Source: an uncultured Gammaproteobacteria bacterium
GTDB taxonomy: Bacteria > Pseudomonadota > Gammaproteobacteria > SZUA-229
Length of the DNA stretch: 15,997 nt
Direction: 5' to 3'
Assembly (NCBI GenBank): GCA_965368115.1
Contig: CBDULQ010000066.1
Coordinates: 1 to 15,997, forward strand
Position 1 is the first letter of the stretch; the number at the start of each line of letters is the position of its first letter. A model generated the notes under the pieces. The model saw nothing but the letters and a program-made list of their open reading frames with translations, was not told where the DNA came from and made no database searches. A program made the position numbers and the translations under genes. Below are positions 13,720 to 15,997 of the stretch, one piece after another.

Positions 13720-14682
13720 ATGAATTTATCATTCGACGATACGCCGGAACTGGCGGAAGTAAAAACGCGCCTGGCGGATGCGGATGCCGGTGTGCGTCGC
13801 ATCGCGGTGATGGACCTGATCGATATTTACGAAGACGGCTGTATCGAGCTGGCCATCAAGGCTTTGTCAGATGACGACGCAGGCGTGCGGAAACAGGCGG
13901 CGGCCACCCTGGAAGAGTTCGAAGGCCAGGAAGTGATCGCGGCGCTGCTTGAAGTGCTCTCCGATGCCGACGAAGACGTGCGTAACACGGCTGCGGAAAC
14001 CCTGGCTGAAAACAAGGACCCGGCTGCTGGCGTCCTGATTCTGGAAAAACTCAAGGACGATGCCGTGTTCGTCAAGGCGGCATGCCTGCGTGCACTGCGT
14101 GAGTTACGTCTCGACGCCGCCCAGGCGCCGGCGCTGGAACTGCTGGGCCATGCGGACGCCGGCGTGCGTCGCGAAGCCATCGGTGTACTGGCTTATCTGA
14201 AAAAAGATGAAGTACTGATGGCGCTGATGGATGCGGCACGTAACGATGAAGATCCGTATGTGCGCCGTGTCGCCATGGGCTCACTGGTGTTCAGCAAAAC
14301 CGCGCGCGCCGGTGAAACCCTGATCGAAGGCATGCGGGATGACAACTGGCAGGTGCGTGAGGAAGCTGCGTTCGTGGCCGGCAAAATGGGTCTGCAGGAC
14401 GGTGTGGAAGCATTAATCGACGCCATGAATGACGATTACTGGCAGGTGCGCGTCAAGGCCGCCGCCAGTCTAGGCAAACTGAAAGCGGAGCAGGCGGTGG
14501 ATGTGCTGGGACAGGCGCTGTCCTACAACATCAGCAATCTACGTAAGGAGGCGGCGGCGTCTCTGGGTGAGATTGCATCGCCGGCCGGTCTGCCGTTTTT
14601 ACAGACCGCAGCCCAGGATGTGGACCCGGATGTGCGCAAGATCGCCAACTGGGCCATCGAACAAATCGAGAAAGCGAAGTAG
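13720..14682 (+). CDS. HEAT-repeat (PBS-lyase/E-Z type) protein, 320 aa
   Basis: About 8-9 tandem units of ~30 aa follow the pattern (D..VR..A..ALG.L….A...L...L.D) (e.g. DAGVRRIAVMDL, DAGVRKQAAATL, DEDVRNTAAETL, DAGVRREAIGVL, DPYVRRVAMGSL, NWQVREEAAFVAG, YWQVRVKAAASLG, DPDVRKIANWAI). SD GGGAGA lies 7 nt upstream. Confidence 0.75.
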   Translation: MNLSFDDTPELAEVKTRLADADAGVRRIAVMDLIDIYEDGCIELAIKALSDDDAGVRKQAAATLEEFEGQEVIAALLEVLSDADEDVRNTAAETLAENKDPAAGVLILEKLKDDAVFVKAACLRALRELRLDAAQAPALELLGHADAGVRREAIGVLAYLKKDEVLMALMDAARNDEDPYVRRVAMGSLVFSKTARAGETLIEGMRDDNWQVREEAAFVAGKMGLQDGVEALIDAMNDDYWQVRVKAAASLGKLKAEQAVDVLGQALSYNISNLRKEAAASLGEIASPAGLPFLQTAAQDVDPDVRKIANWAIEQIEKAK

Positions 14683-14694
14683 GGGGGAGATGTT

Positions 14695-15021
14695 ATGGCT
14701 TTTGTAGTAGGCGAGGCCTGTATCCGTTGCAAGTACACCGATTGCGTGGATGTGTGTCCGGTGGATGACTGCTTCCGCGAAGGTGAGAACTTTCTGGTCA
14801 TCGACCCGGTGACCTGTATCGACTGTGGACTGTGTGTGCCGGAGTGTCCCGCCGACGCGATTTTCGCCGAAGACGATGTGCCGGCGGAGCAGCAGGAATA
14901 CATTGCATTGAACGCGGAGCTGGCGCAACACTGGCCGCCGATCAATTCACCCAAACCGCCGTTGGCGGATGCGGATGACTGGGTGGATACCGGCGACAAA
15001 TTGCAGTACCTGGTGCGCTAA
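14695..15021 (+). CDS. fdxA: 7Fe ferredoxin, Azotobacter FdxA type ([3Fe-4S][4Fe-4S])
   Basis: [62 protein letters not shown] is the canonical FdxA sequence pattern. SD GGGGGAGA is present. Confidence 0.85.
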   Translation: MAFVVGEACIRCKYTDCVDVCPVDDCFREGENFLVIDPVTCIDCGLCVPECPADAIFAEDDVPAEQQEYIALNAELAQHWPPINSPKPPLADADDWVDTGDKLQYLVR

Positions 15022-15048
15022 TCGACGAAACTGAAACGGGAAACCGGT

Positions 15049-15624
15049 GTGAGCGAATACCTGTTACTACTGTTCGGAACCATTTTCGTGAACAACCTGG
15101 TGTTGTCGCGTTTTCTTGGCCTGTGCCCGTTCATGGGTGTGTCGAGAAAACTGGAAACCGCGATCGGTATGGGGCTGGCGACGGCGTTCGTGCTCACCCT
15201 GGCTTCCGTATGCAGTTACCTGGCGAATCGTTATCTGTTACAGCCGTTGCAACTGGAGTTTCTGAAGACACTGACGTTCATCCTGGTCATCGCCGTGATC
15301 GTACAGTTTACCGAAATGGTGATCCGCAAAACCAGTCCGTTGCTGTACAACGTACTGGGTATTTACCTGCCGCTGATCACCACCAACTGTGCAGTACTCG
15401 GTGTCGCCCTGCTCAATGTACAGGCGCAGAACAGTTTTCTGCAGTCCGCGTTTTACGGGTTCGGTGGTGCACTGGGTTTCACCCTGGTGATGATCCTGTT
15501 CGCCTCGATTCGGGAACGCATCGAAGTGGCTGACGTGCCCTTATCGTTTCGCGGTGCACCCATAGCATTGATGACGGCGGGTTTTATGGCGGTGGCCTTC
15601 ATGGGCTTCAGTGGCATGGCATAG
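15049..15624 (+). CDS. rnfA: Rnf/Rsx electron-transport complex subunit A
   Basis: Near-identical over long stretches to E. coli RsxA (…[37 protein letters not shown]… / …[29 protein letters not shown]…). GTG start. Confidence 0.9.
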   Translation: MSEYLLLLFGTIFVNNLVLSRFLGLCPFMGVSRKLETAIGMGLATAFVLTLASVCSYLANRYLLQPLQLEFLKTLTFILVIAVIVQFTEMVIRKTSPLLYNVLGIYLPLITTNCAVLGVALLNVQAQNSFLQSAFYGFGGALGFTLVMILFASIRERIEVADVPLSFRGAPIALMTAGFMAVAFMGFSGMA

Positions 15625-15631
15625 GATCGAT

Positions 15632-15997
15632 ATGGCAATCATTGCACTCACATTACTGGCGCTGGTGTTTGGTCTGCTGCTGGGTTATGCGGCGATTCGT
15701 TTCAAGGTCGAGGGCGATCCGATGGTGGATCAGGTGGATGCGGTGCTACCACAGACCCAGTGCGGCCAGTGCAGCTACCCCGGCTGTCGACCTTATGCGC
15801 AGGCCATCGTCGACGGCGAAGCGGAGATCAACCAGTGTCCGCCGGGTGGTGAAGCAGGCATGCGCGCACTGGCGGACCTGCTGAACCGTGAACCCATTCC
15901 TCTGGTGGTCGAAGATGCGGGTGAGGATGATGGTTTACGTAAGCTGGCATTGATCAACGAAGACACCTGCATCGGTTGTACCAAGTGTATACAGGCC
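15632..15997 (+). CDS. rnfB: Rnf/Rsx complex subunit B (5' partial; runs off the window)
   Basis: [91 protein letters not shown]… matches E. coli RsxB, including the CGQC(G/S)YPGCRPYA motif. No stop codon occurs before the window end. Confidence 0.85.
   Translation, partial: MAIIALTLLALVFGLLLGYAAIRFKVEGDPMVDQVDAVLPQTQCGQCSYPGCRPYAQAIVDGEAEINQCPPGGEAGMRALADLLNREPIPLVVEDAGEDDGLRKLALINEDTCIGCTKCIQA

Noticed and set aside
1-15997. CRISPR arrays, integrase/recombinase, transposase, toxin-antitoxin pairs
   Set aside because: I looked for regularly spaced direct repeats and for recombinase-like ORFs. None is present in this window. Any integrase belonging to the tRNA island would have to lie upstream of position 1.

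Overview
The window reads as a Gammaproteobacteria-type chromosome; the last two genes closely resemble E. coli RsxA and RsxB. It splits into two compositionally distinct parts.

Part A (about 1-3500) is a tightly packed tRNA array. It holds 10 tRNA or tRNA-like genes, most with an encoded CCA and some only 1-30 nt apart. Several have non-canonical architecture:
- a Val-like gene with a collapsed anticodon loop;
- a tRNA-Val(UAC) with an aberrant D-arm;
- a tRNA-His with no encoded G-1;
- a tRNA-Lys(UUU) carrying a long type-II-like variable arm;
- a second Lys(UUU) with a poor acceptor stem;
- a tRNA-Leu(UAG) lacking the long variable arm.
Two AT-richer protein genes sit inside the array: a cytoplasmic SPFH/band-7 protein and a small HNH endonuclease. 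Together they look like a phage- or mobile-element-derived island, not a housekeeping tRNA operon.

Part B (about 3600-15997) is GC-richer and all on the + strand. In order it encodes:
- a TSUP (TauE/SafE-like) permease;
- an RnfH-family protein with a coiled-coil N-terminus;
- a NitT/TauT-type ABC transporter (substrate-binding protein, permease, an unknown Cys-rich membrane protein inserted in the operon, ATPase);
- a Sco1/SenC lipoprotein and a di-haem cytochrome c4;
- a HutC-type GntR regulator;
- an operon of an APS-reductase-alpha-like flavoprotein, a short AprB-like 2x[4Fe-4S] ferredoxin, a HEAT-repeat protein and a 7Fe ferredoxin FdxA;
- rnfA/rsxA and the 5' part of rnfB/rsxB.
An ACATGT-centred palindromic motif overlaps the -10 elements of the TSUP and gntR promoters and recurs upstream of the ABC operon. 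This suggests a single regulon.

No CRISPR array, integrase or transposase is visible in the window. All functional calls rest on by-eye motif recognition without database searches.
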